DNA of 39,659 bases, taken from IMG/VR virus record IMGVR_UViG_3300011336_000170, positions 1 through 39,659 of that record; one strand, given 5' to 3'. This DNA comes from a virus (taxonomy: Duplodnaviria; Caudoviricetes). Shown here one piece after another: positions 1 through 9,500 of the stretch (position 1 is the stretch's first letter; the number at the start of each line of letters is the position of its first letter). The translations under genes and the position numbers were made by a program. Below the pieces are notes generated by a model. The model made no database searches, was not told the origin of the DNA, and saw only the letters and a list, made by a program, of their open reading frames with translations.

Positions 1-2
1 CT

Positions 3-92
3 AAACGCTTGGTCGTAGCGGTCCTGTTGCCTGCATTGGCAGCTGGTCCTAATGCAACTCGCGTTGGCGCTCTTGGCGTGACTCAGGCCTAA
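3..92 (+). CDS. 3' end of a truncated phage structural gene (…KRLVVAVLLPALAAGPNATRVGALGVTQA*)
   Basis: Open frame from the window edge to TAA at 90-92, followed by a hairpin and the RBS of the next gene; not in the ORF track. Confidence 0.6.
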   Translation, partial: KRLVVAVLLPALAAGPNATRVGALGVTQA

Positions 93-99
93 TTAACCA

Positions 100-121
100 G
101 GGGGCTTCGGCCCCCGTCTTT
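100..121 (+). terminator. GC hairpin with cUUCGg tetraloop, probable weak intrinsic terminator or mRNA stability hairpin
   Basis: GGGGGC-TTCG-GCCCCC (100-115) followed by GTCTTT, just after a stop codon. Confidence 0.6.
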
Positions 122-134
122 AGGAGACTGAATT

Positions 135-416
135 ATGGCTTCACTAACCAATGTATTTGCCGTCCATGAAGATGCGACTGGCACGATGTACGCTGGCGCA
201 ACAAACTTAGCAGGGTATCAACTTGCTTCGGGTGGGACTGCCGGAGAGATTGTTTTTCGCGACGGCGGTTCTGGTGGCACTGAGCGCCTGCGCTTAAACA
301 TTACAACCAACACAGCCGTCATTTCAACATTGCTGCCAGGAACAGGGATTAGGTTTAACACTAACATCCACGTGACCCTGCCAGCAGCCGCGGCGGTTAC
401 AATTTTCTGCGGGTAA
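135..416 (+). CDS. Small virion protein, hypothetical (93 aa)
   Basis: AGGAG RBS at 122-126; beta-rich sequence with 'PGTGIRF' and C-terminal 'VTIFCG' typical of small phage head-associated proteins. Confidence 0.7.
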   Translation: MASLTNVFAVHEDATGTMYAGATNLAGYQLASGGTAGEIVFRDGGSGGTERLRLNITTNTAVISTLLPGTGIRFNTNIHVTLPAAAAVTIFCG

Positions 417-419
417 GCC

Positions 420-980
420 ATGTCAAACATAAAGATCACGGATTTACCAGCAGGCACCACGCTTGTTGGCACCGAGCTTTTTGAGTCGGTCCAATCGTCC
501 ACCTCTGTTAAGCTCACTTCTGACCTGATCAAGGCTTTTGCCAACTCTGCGCCAACCTTGCTGGTTGAGACAGCCAACACTAACACTCCAGCTACTGCTG
601 CAACCTTGAGTCATCAGACTTCAGGCACGGCAGCTGCTGGTATTGGAACACGTCTTGCTTTTCAGTGCGAGACTTCAGCCAGTAACGTTGAGATTGGCGC
701 CTTACTTTCTGCTGTTTCCACAAATGTAGGCGCAGGCACCGAGGCCTTTAACTTGCAAGTCTTGTTGATGGCAGCGGGTTCATCAGCTGCGGCGGTTGCT
801 ACCTTCAACAGTAACGGCAACTTTGGCATCACTGGCAACACCATCAACATTCCAGTCTCAAGAACGCCAGCTTCAGCATCGGCCACTGGTACGGCTGGGG
901 ACATTTGCTGGGATGCAAGCTACATCTACGTGTGCGTAGCAACTAATACGTGGGAACGGGTGGCGATTGCAACATGGTAA
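420..980 (+). CDS. Fibre/decoration-like structural protein (186 aa)
   Basis: N-terminal 'IKITDLP' motif; C-terminal 'PASASATGTAGDICWDASYIYVCVATNTW' domain common in phage fibres. Confidence 0.7.
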   Translation: MSNIKITDLPAGTTLVGTELFESVQSSTSVKLTSDLIKAFANSAPTLLVETANTNTPATAATLSHQTSGTAAAGIGTRLAFQCETSASNVEIGALLSAVSTNVGAGTEAFNLQVLLMAAGSSAAAVATFNSNGNFGITGNTINIPVSRTPASASATGTAGDICWDASYIYVCVATNTWERVAIATW

Positions 981-1285
981 ACGATCACAAGTTTGGTAAA
1001 GGCGGAGGCACTTTGTTTGTAGCAAAGGGCGGAGCTGTCTGGGCTCGCAAAGAAGGACAAAATCCTAAAGGCGGACTTAACCAAAAAGGTCGTGATGCCT
1101 ATAACAGCAAGACCGGCGGCAATCTAAAGCCTCCAGTATCGTCTAAGCAGGCAGCAAAAAGCCCCAAGGCCGCAGGACGTCGCAACAGTTTTTGCGCGCG
1201 AATGTCCGGCATGCCTGGTCCAATGAAAGATGACAAGGGCCGACCAACTAGGAAAGCCCTTGCCCTTAACAAATGGGACTGTTGA
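974..1285 (+). CDS. Small basic phage protein, DUF6321-like (103 aa)
   Basis: ATG 974 overlaps the end of the upstream gene; 'WARKEGQNPKGGLN…SFCARM…KWDC' pattern. Family name recalled, not searched. Confidence 0.7.
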   Translation: MVNDHKFGKGGGTLFVAKGGAVWARKEGQNPKGGLNQKGRDAYNSKTGGNLKPPVSSKQAAKSPKAAGRRNSFCARMSGMPGPMKDDKGRPTRKALALNKWDC

Positions 1286-1286
1286 T

Positions 1287-1484
1287 ATGATGGGAAATAA
1301 AATGGCCTTCGCAAAAGGAGGCAAAGTAAAAGCACCTTGGGATAAGCCAAGGCCAAAGGATCTGCCAAAGCCTAAAAAACTAGCGCCTGCTGCAAAAGCT
1401 AGCGCCAAGGCCGCAGCCGCAGCCGCCGGACGCCCCTATCCCAACCTTGTAGATAACATGCGGGCAGCCGCAAAAAGGAAATAA
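1287..1484 (+). CDS. Small basic hypothetical protein (65 aa)
   Basis: ATG 1 nt after the upstream stop; Lys/Ala-rich with 'GRPYPNLVDNM'; has FAKGG near the N-terminus. Confidence 0.65.
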   Translation: MMGNKMAFAKGGKVKAPWDKPRPKDLPKPKKLAPAAKASAKAAAAAAGRPYPNLVDNMRAAAKRK

Positions 1485-1485
1485 T

Positions 1486-2145
1486 ATGGGAAAAAATATT
1501 CAATACGGGGAATTTACTTTCCCATCTTCATCTGCTCGTCCAACTGGTCGTTCGGTGTCTACGGCAAAGTCCACAAAAGGCATCCCTAAGGCCATGTACG
1601 ATGCCCCTCACGCCATGAAAGATGGCGGATACGCCAAGGGCGGTCCAAAAATGAAGGCAAAACGCGAACCAGAAGCCGTGGTCCGTAGGGAAGTGGCTCT
1701 TTTGCGTAAGTCGGGAGCCCCAAAAGCCATGATGAGTCACGAAGTGCGTGAAATGTCCGGCGAGATGGACACTCCGGCCACTAAAAGTGCCGAAGTGGGC
1801 ATGATGCGTAAGGCAAGAGCTCCTCTGACCATGATCAAGGAAGAGATGATGGAGCCAGCGGGCATGAAAAAGGGCGGAAAAGCAGGTTGCTATGCTGAAG
1901 GCGGTCAATTTGCGGCAAGCGCCCGCCCCAAGATGGCAGCCGAAGGCAAGGCTGTGAACAAAATGGCCAAGAAGTTTGGTACCGAGACCCAAAAGTACGC
2001 CAAAGGCGGGGCGGTTGAGGCAAAGCTTGAAAAGCATGCCAATATGCCTGCTGGAAAAGCTCATGGCCCAGGCGCCGGGAACAAACTTGCTAAAGGTGGC
2101 GTGCCAACTTTCTCAAAAGTTCCAAAATTCGGACAAATGAAGTAA
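1486..2145 (+). CDS. Basic Lys/Met-rich protein with six xxxGG motifs, probable internal head protein (219 aa)
   Basis: Tightly coupled ORF; MKDGG, YAKGG, MKKGG, YAEGG, YAKGG, LAKGG. Confidence 0.7.
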   Translation: MGKNIQYGEFTFPSSSARPTGRSVSTAKSTKGIPKAMYDAPHAMKDGGYAKGGPKMKAKREPEAVVRREVALLRKSGAPKAMMSHEVREMSGEMDTPATKSAEVGMMRKARAPLTMIKEEMMEPAGMKKGGKAGCYAEGGQFAASARPKMAAEGKAVNKMAKKFGTETQKYAKGGAVEAKLEKHANMPAGKAHGPGAGNKLAKGGVPTFSKVPKFGQMK

Positions 2146-2159
2146 AATAAGAGCAATCC

Positions 2160-2213
2160 CCGGGGTCTGCCACTGACGGCAAGCCGAAACTTAATGAATA
2201 GGAGCAGATCCGG
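2160..2213 (+). promoter_or_regulatory. Putative structured leader RNA occluding the translation start of the adaptor gene
   Basis: CC(G)GGGTCTGC (2160-2170) can pair with GCAGATCCGG (2204-2213), which runs from the AGGAG RBS (2200-2204) into the GTG start; inner TGCC/GGCA hairpin. Confidence 0.35.
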
Positions 2214-3205
2214 TGGCAGTTTCAGGCACAGTCAGCACGACGGTTTTTAATACGCGTAAGGTCGTTGACCATGCGTATCGTCGTTGCCGCATCCCTCCTG
2301 AAGGCATCTCATCCGAGCAAATCAGCTTTGCTTTGGATACTCTCTATCTCATCCTAAGCATGTTGGCCAATCGTGGTCTGCAGCTTTGGTGTATTCAGAG
2401 CTATTTGATGCCTCTCTATCAGGCGCAGGGCTTAATGACGTTGCCTAACGGCGTTGTTGACATCCTCAACACAAACTTGCGAACAGTTGAAGTTCTTAAC
2501 GCGACTACAACAAACACAATCACCTCGACAACCTATCAAACAATTTTCTCAGCAGCGACGCAAGTCACTACTGTCGGAATTGAATGGTCAGGAGCGTCGA
2601 CTAGTTATGCACTAGAAACATCTTCGGATGGCTCTGCCTGGACAACTCTTGAAACAGAGGCCAATCCAAATGCAGTGGCTGGTAATGTTACATGGGTTGA
2701 CATTCAGGGCTCCCTAGCGACCCTCTATTTCAGAGTGAGAGCTACAACAGGAACCTTAAATCAAACACAGGTGATACTAGCGAACACGCCAAACGAGATC
2801 CCTATGGCGCGCTTGAACCGTGACGATTACGTCAACTTGCCAAACAAAGCATTTCAAGGCCGCCCACTACAGTTCTGGGTTGATCGTTTGCTTAATGCCC
2901 CTGTGCTTTACTTGTGGCCTGTTCCATCAGCTCAATTTGTCACTGCCCAAGCGGTTGTGTGGGTCAAGCGCTACATCATGGATGTAGGTACTATGACTCA
3001 AGAGATTGAGATCCCCCAGCGCTGGTATGACGCCATTGTTTACGTGCTTGCTTCACGACTGGCGGAAGAGACTCCAACCGTGGATCCTCAGATGATCGCT
3101 ATCTTGGATCAGAAGGCGCAGCGAGCCCTGCTTGAAGCAGAGAACGAAGAGCGCGACGATTCGCCAATCTACTTGACTCCTAATATTGCGGTGTACACAA
3201 GATGA
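2213..3205 (+). CDS. Head-tail adaptor / tail tubular protein with inserted beta-sandwich domain (330 aa)
   Basis: GTG start with AGGAG; 'AYRRC…ANRGLQLW', 'LPNKAFQGRPLQFW', 'LYLWPVP', 'IPQRWYDAI…LA' match podovirus-type adaptor motifs. Confidence 0.7.
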   Translation: MAVSGTVSTTVFNTRKVVDHAYRRCRIPPEGISSEQISFALDTLYLILSMLANRGLQLWCIQSYLMPLYQAQGLMTLPNGVVDILNTNLRTVEVLNATTTNTITSTTYQTIFSAATQVTTVGIEWSGASTSYALETSSDGSAWTTLETEANPNAVAGNVTWVDIQGSLATLYFRVRATTGTLNQTQVILANTPNEIPMARLNRDDYVNLPNKAFQGRPLQFWVDRLLNAPVLYLWPVPSAQFVTAQAVVWVKRYIMDVGTMTQEIEIPQRWYDAIVYVLASRLAEETPTVDPQMIAILDQKAQRALLEAENEERDDSPIYLTPNIAVYTR

Positions 3206-3501
3206 GCATTTGGCTTGATACTCGCGGGCGAAGCACATTGGGCATTGGCCTGTGCGCCCGTTGCAGCCGCAAGATGAGCCTTGATGAGTTGTTCTCAGAC
3301 CCAAATTCACCCGGGCTAAGAGTTTGCCGTGAGGACCTGGACAACCTTGATCCTTATCGCTTGCCTCCTCGTCAACCCGACAATATCAACTTGCCTTTCG
3401 TAAGACCTGATGCTCCGCTCAACACTGATCCAGCTGGCCTGGTTACTGAGGATGACAACAGCTTCCTGATCGGCACCAATGACGAGTACCTGATACCATG
3501 A
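3202..3501 (+). CDS. Small putative Zn-binding virion protein (99 aa)
   Basis: ATGA overlap; CxxC (CARC), a third Cys in 'RVC', 'RPD' motif; a type of gene usually found after the adaptor. Confidence 0.7.
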   Translation: MSIWLDTRGRSTLGIGLCARCSRKMSLDELFSDPNSPGLRVCREDLDNLDPYRLPPRQPDNINLPFVRPDAPLNTDPAGLVTEDDNSFLIGTNDEYLIP

Positions 3502-5360
3502 CAGTACCATCAAACCTCGTACCAACGTCGATCTCCCAGCTGCCCGTTGCGCCAAACCCGACGTCGTCGGCAACCATGGTCTGCGTGATCAGCGGCATCA
3601 CATACCAGGTTCCATTTATAGACCTGCAATCGACTGTCTCGGTCCCGGCTTCTCGCTTAATCAACACGGGCGGCGGACTCCAGGGCGGCGGAGATCTTTC
3701 GCAAGACCGCACCCTGAGCATTGCAACCGGAGGCGTGACTAGCGACAAACTAGCTGTCAGCGGCGTGACCGCTGGTACGTATGGCTCTGGCGCGTTAGTT
3801 CCAGTAGTCACTGTAGACAGTAAGGGCTTGGTCACGAGTGTCTCTACGACCGCCCTAGTCATTTCTGGATATGTTCCTGATACCCGCCAGATCATTGCAG
3901 GCAGTGGTCTGACGGGTGGCGGTAACTTGCAGGCAGATCGGACACTTTCGGCCAATTTTGCGTCAGCCGCTCCTGAAGCCTTAGGAACTGCTTCAACCGG
4001 GTCGGATGACACCATCGCCCGCGGCGACCACGTTCACCCTGCGCTAGACTTTGCAAACCTGACCGAATACACGGGCCTGCTGCCATTGACGCAAGGTGGA
4101 ACAGGAACGCAGGTCAACAACCTGACTGCTGGAGCCATCTGGTACAACGACGGCAGCAACGGCTTCCTACAGAGCGTTCAAGGTACAAACGGCCAGGTCT
4201 TAGTCTCAGGGGGCGCTTCGGCTCCAGTATGGGGATCTGCCTTGATTGTGTCAGATCAACCGGCCAACTATGTCTACGCCGGCCCTGCTTCAGGACCCTC
4301 TGCGGCCACTGGCTTTCGCTTGCTTGTCAACGACGACGTTCCAAGCACGTTGACCGGCAAGTCAATGAGCGGCAGCACAAATACGTTCACAAACATCCCT
4401 AACGCAGCTCTGACCAATTCATCGGTCACTTTTAACGGCCAAACGGTCGCTCTAGGGGCTTCAGGTACGATTACGGCTACGGCAACCAACGCCCTGACAA
4501 TTGGAACCGGCTTGTCTGGAACCAGCTACAACGGCTCGACAGCCGTGACTGTTGCAATTGCAAATAGCGGAGTGGCTGCAGCTACTTACGGGTCGGCTTC
4601 TCAAGTTCCTGTGGCGGCAGTAAACGCCCAGGGCCAGATCACGTCAGTGACCAATACGGCCATCTCCATCGCTTCAAGTGCGATTACAGATAAGGGCCTT
4701 GCTAATGGTCTCGCCACCTTGGATTCGGGTGGTACAGTTCCTTTGTCCCAAATTCCTGCCTCAATTCAAGGTGGAGTAAGCTACCAAGGAACATGGAATG
4801 CCTCAACAAACACTCCTACCTTAACGTCGGGAGTTGGAACTAAGGGCTACTATTACGTTGTCTCAGTTGCTGGTTCTACAAACCTAGACGGCGTTACCAC
4901 TTGGAACGTTGGCGACTGGGCTATTTATAGCGGAACGGCCTGGCAGAAGGTAGACAACACCGACGCCGTAACTTCTGTCAACGGCTTTACCGGCACGGTC
5001 GTCCTTACAAACACAGACATTAGCGGGTTTGGCACAATGTCAACCCAAAATGCAAATGCCGTGGCAATTACGGGGGGCACAGTTTCTAGTATCACGCTAG
5101 CCACATCAGCTCTTGGCACCCCAACGTCAGGCATACTGACTAACGCGACTGGTTTGCCTTTGACAACCGGCGTGACTGGTACTCTACCAATCGCAAACGG
5201 AGGCACAAATGGAACAACTGTGCCAACTTCTGGAGCCGTACCTTACGGCACCGGAACAGCTTATGGCTTCAGCACGGCTGGAACATCTGGCGACTTTTTA
5301 ATCTCAGGGGGTACCGGTTCGCCTACCTGGACTAGCACAATCTCTGGAGGAACTTACTAA
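3498..5360 (+). CDS. Tail fibre protein (620 aa)
   Basis: Gly/Thr/Ser-rich fibre repeats (AGSGLTGGG, AGTYGS…VDSKG, YQGTWNASTNTPTL, NGGT); ends in GGTY. Confidence 0.8.
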   Translation: MTVPSNLVPTSISQLPVAPNPTSSATMVCVISGITYQVPFIDLQSTVSVPASRLINTGGGLQGGGDLSQDRTLSIATGGVTSDKLAVSGVTAGTYGSGALVPVVTVDSKGLVTSVSTTALVISGYVPDTRQIIAGSGLTGGGNLQADRTLSANFASAAPEALGTASTGSDDTIARGDHVHPALDFANLTEYTGLLPLTQGGTGTQVNNLTAGAIWYNDGSNGFLQSVQGTNGQVLVSGGASAPVWGSALIVSDQPANYVYAGPASGPSAATGFRLLVNDDVPSTLTGKSMSGSTNTFTNIPNAALTNSSVTFNGQTVALGASGTITATATNALTIGTGLSGTSYNGSTAVTVAIANSGVAAATYGSASQVPVAAVNAQGQITSVTNTAISIASSAITDKGLANGLATLDSGGTVPLSQIPASIQGGVSYQGTWNASTNTPTLTSGVGTKGYYYVVSVAGSTNLDGVTTWNVGDWAIYSGTAWQKVDNTDAVTSVNGFTGTVVLTNTDISGFGTMSTQNANAVAITGGTVSSITLATSALGTPTSGILTNATGLPLTTGVTGTLPIANGGTNGTTVPTSGAVPYGTGTAYGFSTAGTSGDFLISGGTGSPTWTSTISGGTY

Positions 5361-6577
5361 TGACCACGATCCTGATTAAGAAAAAGGACACCGCCGGGGC
5401 ACCTACAGCAGGCGACCTGACTAATGCAGCTGGTGGCACTGAGATTGCCGTCAACACTGCTACCAAGCGCATCTACACTAAGGACAGTGGCGGCAACGTT
5501 GTTGAGCTTGGCACAAACGCTGGTTCGTCTACTATCGACGCGCTGACGGTGGTCACATCTGAAACTTTGTCATTTGGCACGGCTTCTACTGCTTTGGCTT
5601 TAGATGCGAGCAAGAACATCGTGAGCGTGACTAATACGGGCACCGGCAATAACGTACTGGCGACTAGTCCTACGCTTGTGACTCCTATTTTGGGCACCCC
5701 AACGTCAGGCACCCTGACAAACGCGACTGGTCTTCCTTTGTCGACCGGTGTGACAGGCACCCTGGTAACAACTAACGGCGGTACAGGCCTGACGTCTTTC
5801 ACTGCGGGCGACCTTACCTACTACGCAGCAGGCACGTTGTTGTCCAAGCTTGGAATTGGCACCGCAGGGCAAATCCTAACCGTCAACTCAGGAGCCACAG
5901 CACCTCAATGGTCTTCTTTATCTGGTGTGGCGGTTACGACTATTTCAGGGGGCACAACAGGTCTTACTCCGGCAACAGCAACTTCAGGTGCAGTCACTTT
6001 GGCTGGCACTTTAATTGTGGGCAACGGCGGTACAGGCGCAACCACCCTGACCGGCGTTCTTAAAGGTAACGGAACCTCAGCGTTTACTGCGGCAACCGCA
6101 GGAACTGACTACGTTGCCCCCGGCACTGCAACCACCTTTACTGCACTCCAGACCTTTGCGGGTACTTCGTCAAACGCTGACTTGAAGACCTCCAACATTC
6201 TTGAAACTGCGACTATCTCTGCAACTGCAGCGACTGGAACAATCAATTTTGATACAACAACCCAATCGGTTCTGTACTACACCACCAATGCAAGCGGCAA
6301 CTTCACCGTGAACTTCAGAGGTTCTAGCGGCACAACACAGAACACCATCATGGCTACGGGCGAGTCTTTGTCTGCTACCTTCTTGGTGACAAACGGTGCT
6401 ACGGCCTACTACAACAGCGCAGTGACCATTGACGGTTCTTCTGTCACACCTAAGTGGCAGGGTGGCACAGCCCCAACAAGCGGGAACGCAAGCGCCATTG
6501 ATAGCTACACCTACGTCATTATCAAAACGGGAAGTGCCGCATTTACCGTGCTGGCTTCCGTAACCAAGTTCGCTTGA
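5360..6577 (+). CDS. Tail fibre protein (405 aa)
   Basis: TAATG coupling; N-terminal 'ILIKK…AP…EIAVN…IY.KD' domain, NGGTG repeats, C-terminal 'WQGGTAPT…IDSY' domain. Confidence 0.8.
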   Translation: MTTILIKKKDTAGAPTAGDLTNAAGGTEIAVNTATKRIYTKDSGGNVVELGTNAGSSTIDALTVVTSETLSFGTASTALALDASKNIVSVTNTGTGNNVLATSPTLVTPILGTPTSGTLTNATGLPLSTGVTGTLVTTNGGTGLTSFTAGDLTYYAAGTLLSKLGIGTAGQILTVNSGATAPQWSSLSGVAVTTISGGTTGLTPATATSGAVTLAGTLIVGNGGTGATTLTGVLKGNGTSAFTAATAGTDYVAPGTATTFTALQTFAGTSSNADLKTSNILETATISATAATGTINFDTTTQSVLYYTTNASGNFTVNFRGSSGTTQNTIMATGESLSATFLVTNGATAYYNSAVTIDGSSVTPKWQGGTAPTSGNASAIDSYTYVIIKTGSAAFTVLASVTKFA

Positions 6578-6585
6578 GGTTATAA

Positions 6586-9500
6586 ATGCCCCGTCTATCA
6601 AAAATTGGTGCAGCCGCTTTAGCAGCCTTTGGGTGGACTTCGGGTACATCCGCTGTCAGTGCTAGTTACCTAGTCGTTGCTGGCGGTGCTGGCGGGGGTA
6701 AGCGTATTGGTGCAGGTGGGGGTGCGGGTGGTTATAGAACTGGTACGGCATCACTTAATCCAACGCTTTCATACACAGTTACTGTCGGTGCTGGCGGTGC
6801 TGGTTCAGGCGTTTATTCTTCTATTGGTTCAAGTGGCTCTGATTCCGTTTTTAACGCAATAACTTCCACAGGTGGTGGCGGCGGTGATTCGAGCAACCCA
6901 TCTAAGGGTGGCGGTTCGGGTGGTTCAGGCGGGGGTTCTGCTGACGGCGGTACAGTTGGTTCAGGAAATACCCCATCTACATCCCCAAGCCAAGGAAATA
7001 ACGGCGGCGTGGGGAGTGGAAATTCTCCCAATTACGGTTCAGGCGGCGGCGGTGGTGCATCTGCTGTTGGTGGCAATGGTTCAGCAACTGTTGCAGGTAA
7101 CGGCGGTGCTGGTACAGCCTCATCTATCTCAGGTTCTAGCGTTACATACGCTGGTGGTGGTGGTGGTGGCTCTTATGGTGGAACTGCTGGTAGCGGCGGC
7201 GCTGGTGGCGGTGGAGCAGGTACAACATCTGATTCAACTGCAACCGCAGGTACAGCCAATTTAGGTGGTGGCGGTGGTGGATGTGGTGGAATCAGTAATT
7301 CCTCAGGAACGACCTTTGGTGGTCAAGGCGGCAGCGGCGTTGTAATTATCTCCTATGCTGGCGCACAACAATTCAGCGGTGGTGTAGTTACCTCATCAGG
7401 CGGCAACACCATCCACACATTCACTACATCGGGAACTCTTGGCCCTGTTACCCCATTGTCTGCAAACTACCTTGTGGTTGCTGGTGGTGGTTCGGGTGGT
7501 GGCGGTTACTTTGCGGGTGGTGGTGGGGCTGGTGGTTTACTGTCAGGCTCATCCTTAACCATTGACCCTTACTCTACATATCTTGTTACTGTTGGGGCTG
7601 GTGCTGCTGCGGTAAGCGGTAATTCAACCAATGGCTTGCAAGGTTCAAATTCTGCATTTAGCATGGTTGCAACTGCTGCTGTTGGCGGCGGTTACGGTGC
7701 TGGATACGGCGGTAGTGGCGTTGTTGGTGGTGTTGGCGGTTCAGGCGGCGGCACTGCTGCAAACGCATTGGCTACCGTAGCGGCTGGCACATCAGGCCAA
7801 GGTAACGCTGGCGGTCAATCTAGCAACAATGGCGGTGGTGGTGGCGGTGGCGCAGGTTCTGTCGGCGGCAATGCGGGTGCAAGTTTTGGCATAGGCGGCA
7901 CAGGTTCTGCATCAAGCATTTCAGGTGCGTCCGTTACTTATGCGGCTGGGGCTGCTGGTGGAATTACTGGTGTTGGCAATGGTGCAAGCGGAACCGCAAA
8001 CACTGGCAACGGCGGCGCAGCATCTAGCGCATCAGGCGGCACATCGGGCGCTGGCGGTTCAGGCGTTGTAATCATCTCTTACGCTGGCTCTACGCAACTC
8101 ATGGCTGGTGGTGTTGTCACCATTGCTGGCGGTAATGTCATTCACACATTCAACTCAAGCGGCTACCTGACACCCTTGACGCTGCTTACCCGCAGCCTAC
8201 GGTTTCGGTCTAGTGCATCTGCTTATTTGAATCGTACCCCTGCTGGTGCGGGTAATCGTAGGACTTGGACGTATAGCACTTGGGTTAAATTAGGTTCTTT
8301 ATCAACCGCCTTAAACCTACTATATGCATATTCGGCTGATACTGACAGTGGTTTGTGCCAATTAAGTTATCAATCTAACCAATTAAGAATTCAAGGAATT
8401 TCAGCATCTTTTATAATGGTATCAACTGCTGTTTACCGTGACCCTTCTGCTTGGTATCATGTTGTGTATAGCGTTGACACTACACAGACGACTGCTGCTA
8501 ACCGTGTTCGTGTGTATGTCAATGGCGTAGAAATTACGGCGTGGTCTACAAACACACCTCCACCACAAAACACCGACACAGCAATTAACAACAATGTTGC
8601 CCACAACATTGGTAGAAACACAAGAAACTCAAACGACTATTTTGATGGGTACATGACCGAAATCAACCTGATTGACGGACAAGCCCTAGCCCCAACAGCG
8701 TTTGGAACATTCAACAGTTACGGTGTATGGCAACCCATCACCTACGGCGGCTCATACGGAACAAACGGCTTCTATTTGCCTTTTAGCCCAACTGCGCCTG
8801 CGGGAACCCCAGCGGTATCGGCTAGTTATTTAGTCGTTGCTGGCGGTGCTGGCGGTGGTCAAGGCGGTGGCGGTGCTGGTGGATTGCTTTCAGGCACGAC
8901 TTCTTTGCCTACAACATCGTCATACGCTGTCACCGTTGGCGCTGGCGGTGCGGCGACTACTTATGTAAGTGGAGCAGGTGTTAACGGTATTAACGGTTCA
9001 AATTCCGTTTTTAATGCACTAACATCTATCGGTGGTGGCGGTGGTGGCGCTGGTCAGGCTGGTTCATACAATGGCTCAAGTGGCGGTTCTGGTGGTGGTG
9101 CAGGTTCAACTTATTCAACCGCAAATTCAGGCGGTGCTGGAACTTCAGGACAAGGTAACGCTGGCGGAAATGCAACTGCTGGAGCCGTAGATTATGTTAC
9201 TGGCGGTGGCGGCGGTGCTGGTGCAGTTGGTGGGTCACGTTCAGGAAATACATCTGGTTCAGGTGGAGCAGGAACTGCTTCTTCTATTAGTGGGTCTTCC
9301 GTAACTTATGCTGGTGGCGGTGGTGGTGGCTCTCGTACTCCACAAGGTACAAGTCCAGGCTCTGGCGGCTCTGGCGGCGGTGGGGCAGGTTCTGGCACTG
9401 GTACTGGTACAAGCGGAACTGCCAATACTGGCGGTGGTGGCGGTGGTGCTTGTCAGAGCGGTGGCGGTAATCCAGCCAATTGCACTAGCGGAGCAGGTGG

